From assembly GCA_963813535.1 (NCBI GenBank), contig CAWEZH010000002.1, positions 1,120,573 to 1,184,572 of the forward strand: DNA of 64,000 bases, in the 5' to 3' direction. The stretch comes from an uncultured Chloroflexia bacterium. GTDB taxonomy: Bacteria > Chloroflexota > Limnocylindria > Limnocylindrales > CSP1-4. The first letter of the stretch is position 1. Every line of letters begins with the position of its first letter. This document shows positions 8,498 through 17,230 of this stretch, one piece after another. The position numbers were made by a program, and so were the translations under genes. The notes below the pieces were generated by a model that worked only from the letters and a program-made list of their open reading frames with translations, was not told the origin of the DNA and ran no database searches.

Positions 8498-9362
8498 TTG
8501 CCGTCAAAGGAAACGCAGACGGGCGTGGGGATACTCATCGGCTTGGTCGTCCTCATCGCCCTCGCTCAACTTGTTATCGCCGCTCCGGCCTGGTCAGGCC
8601 CGGGACCTCGACCGGCGATCTTGGTCCCCCCCGTAGCCGGCGTCACGCCCGAGACGCCCACACCCGGGCGTGTTCCGTCCACTCCAGCGCCGGCCACTCC
8701 AGCCCCTGGCGTGGCCGTCGTTGAATTGACCCGGTCCACAGCGGACGCGGGACCGATTGATCTGCAAGCTGGCGGATCATCGTCACCGCCAGCGCCGACT
8801 CCGAGCGGCTTGGCGACGCCTGCCCCCTTGTCGTCACCGCCAGCGCCGACTCCGAGCGGCGTCGCGACGCCACCCCCCGGCGAGGTTTCCTTCCCGACTT
8901 CGCAGCCGACGCCGCCCGCGGCCTCGCCCACGCCCGACCCGACGCGGCCGCCATCGCCGCCACCGACTGCAGCACCGACCCACCAGCCCACGCGGGCGCC
9001 CACACCGCCGCCAACGCCGGCGCCGACGCCCAACCCAACGCCGGCGCCCACGCCCGCCCCAACACCGGATCCGACGCCGGCCCCGACACCGGATCCAACG
9101 CCGCCGCCGACGCCCGACCCAACGCCGGCACCGACACCCGATCCGACGCCGGATCCGACGCCGGCCCCGACACCGGATCCAACGCCGCCGCCGACGCCCG
9201 ACCCAACGCCGGCACCGACACCCGATCCGACGCCGGATCCGACGCCCGACCCGACGCCGGCCCCGACACCGGATCCAACGCCGGATCCGACACCCGACCC
9301 CAACGCCGGAACCGACACCCGATCCAACGCCGGATCCCACGCCCGAGCCGCAGCCCGGGTAA
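8498..9362 (+). CDS. secreted/membrane-anchored Pro-Thr-repeat protein, frameshifted near 9296 within the repeat (likely true stop at 9362)
   Basis: An N-terminal hydrophobic segment ([23 protein letters not shown]) is followed by about 40 PTP(D/A) units. A C-run (cgaccccaacg versus cgacccaacg) shifts the frame, and the +2 frame continues [20 protein letters not shown]. Confidence 0.55.
8900..9340. repeat. tandem degenerate 12-nt repeat (CCGACNCCGGAY)n encoding (PTPD/PTPA)n
   Basis: Directly visible in the sequence. The antisense and alternative frames give the spurious GSGVG-repeat and Arg-rich ORFs in the track. Confidence 0.8.
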
Positions 9363-9676
9363 CGTCGGTCCCCAGAACTGGGCCCGCTAGCCTTTCGACC
9401 GCCGCGGGTCCGGTCGACCGATGGTGTTCTGCAACCCTGGCGCGCGTACATCGCCCGGTCACCGGGGGCGCGTTGACGAAGCCATCGGTGATTGGGTCGG
9501 TTGCCCGGTGCGGCTAGGAAGTCGGAGTCATCGTCCGGGCCGTGGGTCTAACTTGACAGTGAGGCTTGCCGCGGTCGTCGTCCCAGGAGCGAGTCGCCAC
9601 CGATGATTGCCAAGCTCGGGGTACGGTCGCAAGATGACCGTCCGTCGCAGTCCGAACCACTGGGAGGAGCGGAGAG

Positions 9677-10066
9677 ATGGCGCATCCGAACGAGGATCTG
9701 GTCCGTCGCGGTTTTACGGCGTTCGGGACCGGAGACATCGCGACGCTAGGCGAGTTGTTCGCCGACAACATCGTCTGGCATGTCGGTGGACGCAGCCCGA
9801 TCACCGGGGATTACAAGGGCAAGGAACAGGTCTTCGGGTTTTTTGCCCAGCTCGCCGAACGGGCTGGGGGGACTTTCCGCCTTGACATCCACGACGTGCT
9901 GGCGAACGACGAGCATGTGGTCGCGCTGGTCAAGGCGACCGGGGAGCGCCAAGGGAAGACGCTGAACAACAACGGAGCGCAGGTCTTCCATGTGCAGGGT
10001 GGAAAGGTCACCGAGGTGTGGTTCCACCCGGACGACCAATACGCCGGCGACGACTTCTGGAGTTGA
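9677..10066 (+). CDS. SnoaL-like/NTF2-fold protein (paralog of 15702..16076)
   Basis: Translation includes LVRRGFTAFGTGDIATLGELFADNIVWHVGG..DEHVVALVKATGERQGKT...VFHVQGGKVTEVW, the characteristic SnoaL-like pattern. A GGAGCGGAGAGATGG-type Shine-Dalgarno sequence is present. Confidence 0.7.
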   Translation: MAHPNEDLVRRGFTAFGTGDIATLGELFADNIVWHVGGRSPITGDYKGKEQVFGFFAQLAERAGGTFRLDIHDVLANDEHVVALVKATGERQGKTLNNNGAQVFHVQGGKVTEVWFHPDDQYAGDDFWS

Positions 10067-10140
10067 CCCGGACCGAGCCAACTCTCGATCCCGGCTGCCA
10101 TCGCCGACGGCCGGTCAGTCAGCCCGGGCCGACCGGGGCA
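10066..10140. repeat. divergent copy R6 of the interspersed repeat
   Basis: It shares ctcgatcccggct...gccggtcagtc.gcccgggccgaccgggg with R4 and R5. It lies between the SnoaL-like gene and the tRNA fragment. Confidence 0.4.
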
Positions 10141-10215
10141 TTCATTGAGCAGTTAACAACGGGCACATCGCAGGGTGGCCCACTCACGGGAGCACGCCGC
10201 GTTGAGCCGGACATT

Positions 10216-10253
10216 TTAGAAGGCGCCTGCTCTGTCCACTGAGCTACGGGGAC
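10216..10253 (-). tRNA. truncated tRNA-Arg(TCT): 5' half only (acceptor 5' strand, D-arm, anticodon stem 5' strand and loop); 3' half absent
   Basis: The minus strand reads GTCCCCGTAGCTCAGTGGACAGAGCAGGCGCCTTCTAA. This is near-identical in architecture to bacterial tRNA-Arg(UCU) up to position 38, after which the complementary anticodon-stem strand, T-arm and acceptor 3' strand are missing. Confidence 0.6.
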
Positions 10254-10322
10254 GTCGTTAGCGCCTCAGCATACGCACGAAAACCGCCGGATCGACCTTG
10301 GCTCGTTGACGACCATCCGTGA

Positions 10323-10991
10323 TCAGGTCCTCTTGAATGTCCCGTCGCACGTCCGGTTCGTGGCATCAAGCACGTGAGTGAAGATCTTCTTGTTGTTATC
10401 CATGTCGTTATGCGGGACCCCGGGGTCCTCAAAGACGTGGCACGCGCCGCCATCGAGCCGCGATGAGTTGTTCGAGACGACACCATCGGTCCGGCTGTAG
10501 ATCGTGGTCCAGTAAACGTGGGTCGGCGTGTCGTCACCGGCATTGAGACTGCGCAGGAATGACCTCGACGGGCACATCTGGCCACCCTGCGACGAGAACA
10601 GCAGGCATGTCCTGAGTAGCCCGTACTGCGGGGTCCCAAGTGACACGTAGGTGTCGACTCTGGAGGTGCCGATCGTCTTGATGAAGTATCGAGCGCTCAG
10701 ACCGCCCATGCTCTGCGCCACGATGTCGACGTCATCCCAGCCTTTGCTGGTGATGAAGTCGCGGATCGCCTGGGCGTTCTTGATGTTGTCCTGGCCCGGC
10801 AACCGAATCGCTTCTGCCTGGCGGCCGGCGAGCCTGAAGCGGTCGATCATCTCGGCCCATGTCGACGGGCTACCTCGCCACCCATGGACGAGCAGCACCG
10901 GATCGTTCTTGGCGGCTGCCGCCGTGCTCGGCGCCATCGCGACTGCCAGGATTCCCAAGATCGGCACCAGGATCCACCGCGTCGCGCGCAT
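10323..10991 (-). CDS. secreted triacylglycerol lipase/esterase, lipase class 2 family (Bacillus LipA/EstA-like)
   Basis: A GGGGAGGGG Shine-Dalgarno sequence precedes the ATG. A signal peptide (MRATRWILVPILGILAVAMAPSTAAAA) is followed by VLLVHGW, the nucleophile elbow DIVAQSMGG, WTTIYSRTDGVV and SRLDGG. These match B. subtilis LipA blocks (VVMVHG, DIVAHSMGG, YTSIYSSADMIV, SRLDGA). Confidence 0.85.
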   Translation of the reverse strand: MRATRWILVPILGILAVAMAPSTAAAAKNDPVLLVHGWRGSPSTWAEMIDRFRLAGRQAEAIRLPGQDNIKNAQAIRDFITSKGWDDVDIVAQSMGGLSARYFIKTIGTSRVDTYVSLGTPQYGLLRTCLLFSSQGGQMCPSRSFLRSLNAGDDTPTHVYWTTIYSRTDGVVSNNSSRLDGGACHVFEDPGVPHNDMDNNKKIFTHVLDATNRTCDGTFKRT

Positions 10992-11172
10992 GTCGGCCCC
11001 TCCCCATTCGACGGTGAGCAGTACCGCGGAGGGTACCCGCACCCCGGCGTGGGTGGAATAGCACAGGTGACGCCACAGCGTGGCGTCGACGTTTCCGGCG
11101 GTACAGGCGTTCTAGGCCGCGCCGCTGACGGGGTACGCTACGGGCGTTGGGATCAAGAGCCGGGGAGGACCC

Positions 11173-11841
11173 ATGACCGACGAAAGCGCGCGCTCACGGC
11201 GCGCAGTCCTTGCTGCCGGTCTTGGTGGCGTAGCCGCGGCAGCAACCGCGGCCGTCATACGGCCTGCCGCGGCCCTCGGCGCCAACGGCGACAACGTCGT
11301 GCTCGGACAGGCAAATACGGCGACGGCGGCGACGGCGATCCAGAACACGGGGACGGCCGATCCGGACACGCTCGTGGTCGATAGCCAATCGGGCTTCGCT
11401 GTCATCGCGAGGAGCGAGGACGGAAGCGGCATCGAGGGCCAGGCCCCGAACGGGCTGGGCGTATCCGGACTCGGACAGGTCGGGGTCGTCGGGGAGGGAA
11501 CTGAATCGGGCGTTCGGGGCATCAGCTCCGGTAATGGGATCGGGGTTTTCGCGACGACGGAGACCGGGCTCGCACTCCTCGTCGACGGCAAGGTGGGCCT
11601 GACGCGGAGCGGCAGGGTCTCAGTCGCACGAGGCAAGGGATCCGTCGACATCACCATCCCCGGCGGCATCACCAGTCGGACGGTCGTCATGGCGACCCTC
11701 CAACGGTATCGCACCGGGGTCGCGATCGCGGGTGTCAACCTTAACTGGCCTAGCGCCGGCAAGGCCCGGATCTATCTCACGAAGATCCCGTCGACCACGA
11801 CGACGACGCCTGTCGCGTGGATCGCTACGGAACTCCCGTAG
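11173..11841 (+). CDS. Tat-signal secreted hypothetical protein
   Basis: A GGAGGA Shine-Dalgarno sequence precedes the ATG. The N-terminus contains SRRAVLAAGLGGVAAAATAA (twin-arginine motif plus h-region), followed by a Gly/Ala-rich beta-type domain. Confidence 0.6.
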   Translation: MTDESARSRRAVLAAGLGGVAAAATAAVIRPAAALGANGDNVVLGQANTATAATAIQNTGTADPDTLVVDSQSGFAVIARSEDGSGIEGQAPNGLGVSGLGQVGVVGEGTESGVRGISSGNGIGVFATTETGLALLVDGKVGLTRSGRVSVARGKGSVDITIPGGITSRTVVMATLQRYRTGVAIAGVNLNWPSAGKARIYLTKIPSTTTTTPVAWIATELP

Positions 11842-11953
11842 CGTTTCGCCGCCTCGCGCCCTTGGACGCAGCGAGCGCGTCCCCGGGCACTGCGATGCCG
11901 TTCCTCTGGTCGGACCCGACGTAGCCGCCGCGGGGCTTACCTGCGGCGCGGGT

Positions 11954-12187
11954 CAGTCGAGCTTCCCCGTCGCGATCCACCGGCCGAAGAGCTCGACCTT
12001 GTCGGACGACCAGCCGCCGTCACACGGCATCGTGCCCTGCCGGAGACGACCGAGGATCGCCTCGGCGTTCGACCGGACCGTCAACCTCCCAGAGATCGAA
12101 GGCGAAGGCCATGGATTCGCGGTCCCTGGGTCGAAACAGGGGCTTGATGTGCTGCGCGAAGCTGACCGGTCGATCGGCGTCTGCCAT
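11954..12187 (-). CDS. small conserved-looking hypothetical protein with an apparent 1-nt frameshift near 12070
   Basis: Frame A reads MADADRPVSFAQHIKPLFRPRDRESMAFAFDLWEVD. The +1 frame continues TVRSNAEAILGRLRQGTMPCDGGWSSDKVELFGRWIATGKLD*, and both halves have good GC3. Confidence 0.35.
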
Positions 12188-12282
12188 GGTCGCGGTGATC
12201 TCCTCGTGCTTCGATCTGGATGTTGAGAGCACCAGGCAGGGCGGTCAGGTTCTTCGCCGCCTGCCTGGTGCCTCGCTCAGGA

Positions 12283-13179
12283 CTAGGCGAACCGCTTGAC
12301 GAAGTCGAGCGCGGTCTGGGCGACCTCGCGCCAGCCGTGGTCGATGGTGAGGGAGTGGCCTCGGTTCGGGATCTTCACGATCTCCGTCACGCCGGGGTTG
12401 CGCTTCTGCCGCTTGTAGGCGGCGTCCGCGATCGCCCATGGCACCGTGTGGTCCTTCTCTCCCTCGATGATCAGCAGCGGGCCGCGGTCCGGGTTCTTCG
12501 TGTCCACCTTCGCTTCGGTCCACGGATTGAGGTTCGCGTTGCCCATCTGCGCGAGCGAGATCCCGGAGGCGGCGACATGGAACTTGTCGTAGAGCTCCAT
12601 GGCCTCATCCTCGTCCAGGTTGTTCGTCCAGGCGTATCGGAACTGGTCGAACGTGAGCGTCAGCGCGCGGCCGCGATTGCGCGGGTTGATCAGGAACGGG
12701 CCGGCCGACCTGAGCACCGACAGCGGCAGCGGCAGAACGCCACGGAAGACTCCCGGGTCGATCGCCACGGTGACCGCCGCGAGCCCCTGCCCCGCGAGCA
12801 TCTCCGCGAGCAGACCGCCCGTCGAGTGGCCCATGACCACTGGCTTCCTGTCGAGGGCACTGATGATCTGGGTCGTGTGATCGGCCACCTGCTTCAGGGT
12901 CTTGTTGGCGAGGACCTCGGGCTCCGCACGGGCTTCCTCGACGGTTTCGGGATCATCAGGCCAGTCTGGCGTCAGCGCGACGTACCCAGCTTCCTCGAAC
13001 AGCGCGGCCCAGTTGTCCCAGCTCGAGGGCAACAGCCACAGCCCGTGGATGAAGATCACCGGTGTCGCCGTGGTCGCGTTCGCGCGCTCGATCTGCTCGC
13101 GCTCGCGATCGGAGATCGTCGCGCCCTCTCGATCCTGAGGGGCCACGGGCAATTCGGCCTGTGCAGACGTCGTGTTCAT
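12283..13179 (-). CDS. alpha/beta hydrolase fold protein
   Basis: Translation contains VIFIHGLWLLPSSWDNW and the nucleophile elbow GHSTGG, plus C-terminal acid/His regions. Confidence 0.8.
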   Translation of the reverse strand: MNTTSAQAELPVAPQDREGATISDREREQIERANATTATPVIFIHGLWLLPSSWDNWAALFEEAGYVALTPDWPDDPETVEEARAEPEVLANKTLKQVADHTTQIISALDRKPVVMGHSTGGLLAEMLAGQGLAAVTVAIDPGVFRGVLPLPLSVLRSAGPFLINPRNRGRALTLTFDQFRYAWTNNLDEDEAMELYDKFHVAASGISLAQMGNANLNPWTEAKVDTKNPDRGPLLIIEGEKDHTVPWAIADAAYKRQKRNPGVTEIVKIPNRGHSLTIDHGWREVAQTALDFVKRFA

Positions 13180-13198
13180 CCTTCGACTCTCCTCTCGT

Positions 13199-13996
13199 CT
13201 AACGGGCAGCTGCCGCCGCCGGAACAGATGCGTTCTCTCGGAGCCAGTCGTCGAGACGGATCTCGCCGAGCGTCGCGTCCGGGCCCGGGACGAGCGTGCG
13301 CTCGGCCAGGGGAGCCCCGAAGTACCGCGCCTGCGGGTCCGTCAGGATCTCGCGCGGGTCGTCCTTCGCGCCAAGTACTCGCCGGATGAGCGTGTCGAGG
13401 CGGAACTGCTCCGGGCCGCCGACCTCGACGATCCGGTTCGCTGCGGTCCCTGTGGCAGCGCGAGCGACCGCCGCGGCAACGTCCTCGGCCGCCATCGGCT
13501 GGACCAGTGCCTCGGACAGGTGGATCGTGTCGCCATGCGTCGCGTCATCGGCGATCTTGTCCACGAACTCGAAGAATTGGGTGGCGTGGACGATGGTGTA
13601 GGGGATCGGCGACGTCTTGATCAGGGTCTCCTGGGTGAGCTTCGCCCAGAAGTAGCCGGCGATCGTCGTCGTCAGGTCGGCGCTCTGCGCCAGCTCCTTG
13701 GTGCCGACGACCGATAGGGCGACGTGGTGACCCACGCCGGCCTCCTCCTCGGCATCGCGAAGGTTGGTGGTCGACTTTCCGAAGAACTCGATGGCCGGAG
13801 CGAAGTCGAACGATGGTGAATTCGACACGTCAACCACGACTGAGGTGCCCTTGAGCGCTGCCGCGACCCCTTCGCCGGTGATCGTGTTGATGCCCAGCCT
13901 GGGCGATGCGGGGACGGTCTCGTGGCCGTCTTCCTCGAGCTTGGCGACGACCTTCGAGCCGATCAGCCCGGTGCCGCCGATGACGACGATCTTCAT
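13199..13996 (-). CDS. NAD(P)-binding NmrA/atypical SDR family oxidoreductase
   Basis: Start chosen at MKIVVIGGTGLIGSKVV, a Rossmann GxxGxxG motif. The 405-aa track ORF has a low-quality N-terminal extension that was rejected. Confidence 0.8.
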   Translation of the reverse strand: MKIVVIGGTGLIGSKVVAKLEEDGHETVPASPRLGINTITGEGVAAALKGTSVVVDVSNSPSFDFAPAIEFFGKSTTNLRDAEEEAGVGHHVALSVVGTKELAQSADLTTTIAGYFWAKLTQETLIKTSPIPYTIVHATQFFEFVDKIADDATHGDTIHLSEALVQPMAAEDVAAAVARAATGTAANRIVEVGGPEQFRLDTLIRRVLGAKDDPREILTDPQARYFGAPLAERTLVPGPDATLGEIRLDDWLRENASVPAAAAAR

Positions 13997-14803
13997 GAGG
14001 GGTTGCGTCCTTTCCGTGTCTGGGCGCGAAGGCAGTGGGTCGTCGTGGTAACGATGATCAGTGGCCTCACCCACCCTCTCGATCGGCGTGGCCCGCGGCA
14101 TCGGCCCGGAGACGGGTGTATGGGATGACACGGATCTCGAGCGAGGCAGGGGTGCCTGGCATCGAGTGGAGAACAGCGCTCCCCCATGCGTCCCGGCTCT
14201 CGCAAGGAAGGTGAGAAGGCGGTCCATCTCCGCGTCGCGCCCCACCAGGTGACCGGCTGGACGAGCGTCGCCTAGCCATGCCTCGCACTGGGGAGCGGGG
14301 GTTTCGAGCATGGAGCGCAGCGGTGCGGGTGGACTGACAGGTCCGCACGGCAAGTTTGGACCTTCGGCAGATGGCGGGCAAGCGCCCGACGCCGCGTTTG
14401 GAGTCGTCTGACCCAAGACGGTCGATCGACCCCGGCCAGGACCATGGCGGCATTAGACGAAGCTGTTCCGTCGACCGCTTGATGCGCCTCTTGACGTAGC
14501 CGCTGACTGCCTGGTCAGCACAGCGGTATCGCGCTCGGTCGATCGTTCCGATCTAGCCGCGCGGGTCGTCTGGGACGCGCAGCAGCCCGGTCGCGAACAT
14601 GGCGATGAGAACCGCCACGACCACGCATAGAGCGAGCGGAACTAGTACTTCACTCATGCCGGAATGGTGCCCGCGCGATCTGTCCGGCTCGTTATCGATG
14701 CGTTAGCGAACCGAGACGCAGCCATCCAAGCTGCGCGCTATCTGAGCGAACCGCACATGGATGCGGCGTCGTCATTCCGCCTCCGAGCGCGCTGACCTCG
14801 ATC

Positions 14804-15559
14804 TCAATACTCGCCGGCAAACACGCCGATGCGCTCGAACTCGAGCGGCACGTCGATGAGGATCAATTCGGCCCCGACGTTCGTCCGCAACGTCAGTTCG
14901 ACTGCGTCAGTCACCTTGAGGGCGTCCCCTGTCGCAAGGCGCTCTTCGTCGACCTCGATCCTTCCGTCGATGACATACAGGTAGCCGCCCCGACCTTTCC
15001 CGAACACGTGCTGTAACTCGGCGCGGTCGGTGAGGTGAGAGACGAGCGCCCGGGCGTCCTGCGCCAGGTCGAGCCCATCCGTCCCGGCCGGACCCATGAT
15101 CTGGAGCCAGCGATCCGTTCGGTCCTCGACCGTGTACTGGCGCTGCTGGACGCGGGTATCGAGGCCTCGGACGCCCGGCAGGATCCAGAACTGGATGAAC
15201 CGCAAGGGGTAGTCGGCCGAGCCGTTCTTCTCTGCGTGCTGATCGCCGCGATGGGAGAACGTCATCACCTGGGCTGCGCCGGGCTCGAGACGGCCGTTGT
15301 TGCCGAGCGAATCGGCGTGCAGGAAATGCCCCTCGACGACGTACGTCAGCGACTCGATGTCCTGGTGCGGGTGGAGTGGCCACTCGGCTCCGGCAATGAT
15401 CCGGTCGTCGTTGAACACGCGCAGCGCACCGACGCCCAGCTGCTCCGGATCGCGATACCGGTCGAACGAGAAGTGCCAGCGAGCGTCGAACCAGCCACCC
15501 TCCTCATGCCAGATCGAATCAGCCTCGCGGATCGCCACTGACCTGGTCGAGTTCTCCAT
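14804..15559 (-). CDS. pirin family (bicupin) protein
   Basis: Translation contains HPHQDIESLTYVVEGHFLHADSLGN....AAQVMTFSHRGDQHAE, a pirin metal-binding cupin motif. The length of 251 aa also fits. Confidence 0.85.
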   Translation of the reverse strand: MENSTRSVAIREADSIWHEEGGWFDARWHFSFDRYRDPEQLGVGALRVFNDDRIIAGAEWPLHPHQDIESLTYVVEGHFLHADSLGNNGRLEPGAAQVMTFSHRGDQHAEKNGSADYPLRFIQFWILPGVRGLDTRVQQRQYTVEDRTDRWLQIMGPAGTDGLDLAQDARALVSHLTDRAELQHVFGKGRGGYLYVIDGRIEVDEERLATGDALKVTDAVELTLRTNVGAELILIDVPLEFERIGVFAGEY

Positions 15560-15701
15560 CGTCGACCTCCTCTTCCTCTGCGCGCCGGGCTCACGGTCGT
15601 TTCGAAGCGGGCGATCCGTGGAGAGTACGCTGACCGTTACCGCATCGGGTCCGAGCCGCTGTCACCGCGGCGTGCCGACCCGGGCCGACGGAGGATGAAC
15701 C

Positions 15702-16076
15702 ATGAGTGAGCACCCGAACGCGGTCTTGGCCCGCCAGATAGCAGACGCGTTGAGTCGCGGCGACATGCAGGACGCGGCGGAATTCATTGCTGACGATGTG
15801 ATCTGGCACGAGATCGGCAGCGCTGCGCCGCTACGCGGGAAGGCCGCCCTGGCTGCACGCAGCGGCGGCGCTGTCGACTACGAGATCACCGGCACGATGC
15901 ACGACGTCGTCGCGAACGACGAGCACACCATTGTGTTGGTTGACGCCACCGCGACCCGCGGTGGCAAGACATTCAAGTACCGGACGGCTGAGATCTATCA
16001 CGTTCGAGACGGCAAGATCACGGAACGCTGGGCATTCTCAGACGACACCGCTGCCATCACAGCGTTCTTCGCGTAG
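15702..16076 (+). CDS. SnoaL-like/NTF2-fold protein (paralog of 9677..10066)
   Basis: Translation includes AVLARQIADALSRGDMQDAAEFIADDVIWHEIG...DEHTIVLVDATATRGGKT..EIYHVRDGKITERW. A GGAGGATGAACCATG-type Shine-Dalgarno sequence is present. Confidence 0.7.
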   Translation: MSEHPNAVLARQIADALSRGDMQDAAEFIADDVIWHEIGSAAPLRGKAALAARSGGAVDYEITGTMHDVVANDEHTIVLVDATATRGGKTFKYRTAEIYHVRDGKITERWAFSDDTAAITAFFA

Positions 16077-16111
16077 AGGAAAGCACGGCCCGCCGCTCAG
16101 GGGCCAACGCC

Positions 16112-17050
16112 CTATGACGTGTTGACCTGACCGGTCAGCAGCAGGTAGACGAGTGTGGCGATGAGCGCCACGAGGACGATGACCACCACCAGTCGAACGA
16201 ACAGATCGACCCTGCTCCGGGCACCAAGGAGGCGACCCGGCCGTTCTTGGTCGACGTGTTCGTCATCCGCACCGACGCTTGCAACCTGGGCGAGCGTGGC
16301 CTGCTGAGGCTTGAGATCCGCGAACTGCCTGATGGCATCGGGGTCCATGACGCCTACGGGAACAAGGGCCGCGGAGGCCACATCATCGGCCGCATCCGAG
16401 CTCGACAACTGTGCCATCGCATCAGCGCGTGCCGCCGACGCCACCTCTTCGACATGTGGCGGCTCCGGCAGCTGGCTCGCCAACTGCGCGATATCGGTCG
16501 GTTCCCGTTCGACGGCGAGGAGGCCGACAAAACGACCTAGCTCCGCCTGATACTCCTCGACCGCCTCGCTGGCCCCGGAGATCTCCCGCTCCACCAGGGC
16601 GTCGTGCTGGCGCAGGTGCCGTTCGAGGTCCGCCTGTCGTGCGAGGATCCGACTCTCAGTCTCCAGACGGAGTCGCTCGCTTTCGTCCGCCGACCAGGCA
16701 TGGATCTGGCCGACGTCCTCGTCCGCGAGCCGCCTCAACTCCTCGGCCTCTTTCGCGGCGCGGGTTCGTACCTTTTGGACATGTGCCTCGAGGCTGTTCG
16801 CCGCCTCGGCAGCGATCCGCGCACGCTCGCCCTCGGCGGCCGCCTGCATCTGTCGGGCGATCACGTGGAGGAACGTGGGGACGACTCCGGCTTCAGCCGC
16901 CTCGCCGCGACCCTCGCCTATGGCCGCCGATGACACGGAGCCAGATGTCTCGTCCGTCAGGTCTGCCGTCTTGACACTCCCAGCAGTCGACCGATCAGCC
17001 GTCCCGGCTGACTCGTCTTCCGGATGGGAATGCTGCGTCTCGTGCTGCAT
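16112..17050 (-). CDS. hypothetical coiled-coil protein with C-terminal TM anchor
   Basis: An acidic N-terminus and long Ala/Glu/Arg-rich predicted coiled coil end in a C-terminal hydrophobic helix (LFVRLVVVIVLVALIATLVYLLL). The ORF is intact. Confidence 0.5.
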   Translation of the reverse strand: MQHETQHSHPEDESAGTADRSTAGSVKTADLTDETSGSVSSAAIGEGRGEAAEAGVVPTFLHVIARQMQAAAEGERARIAAEAANSLEAHVQKVRTRAAKEAEELRRLADEDVGQIHAWSADESERLRLETESRILARQADLERHLRQHDALVEREISGASEAVEEYQAELGRFVGLLAVEREPTDIAQLASQLPEPPHVEEVASAARADAMAQLSSSDAADDVASAALVPVGVMDPDAIRQFADLKPQQATLAQVASVGADDEHVDQERPGRLLGARSRVDLFVRLVVVIVLVALIATLVYLLLTGQVNTS

Positions 17051-17230
17051 GGGATCCCCGAGATCTTGCGCGCGCGTCCAAAAACCCTACCAGTGTCTGG
17101 AGCCTGTAGGCAACGCCTAGCCACAAGGCGTGGTGCGGATAGGAACCACAGGCGGCCACGGGGAGACGCTGGTGACCGCCTCCATCATCGGTATCCCAAC
17201 TCCAGGCATGTCGTACGCTTGGGACTCCCT

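Noticed and set aside
8566-9462. Long minus-strand ORFs encoding (GSGVG)n (8566..9462), and Arg-rich ORFs (8757..9362 +, 8834..9451 -)
   Set aside because: These are alternative-frame or antisense shadows of the PT-repeat coding region. They are pure low-complexity translations with no start context.
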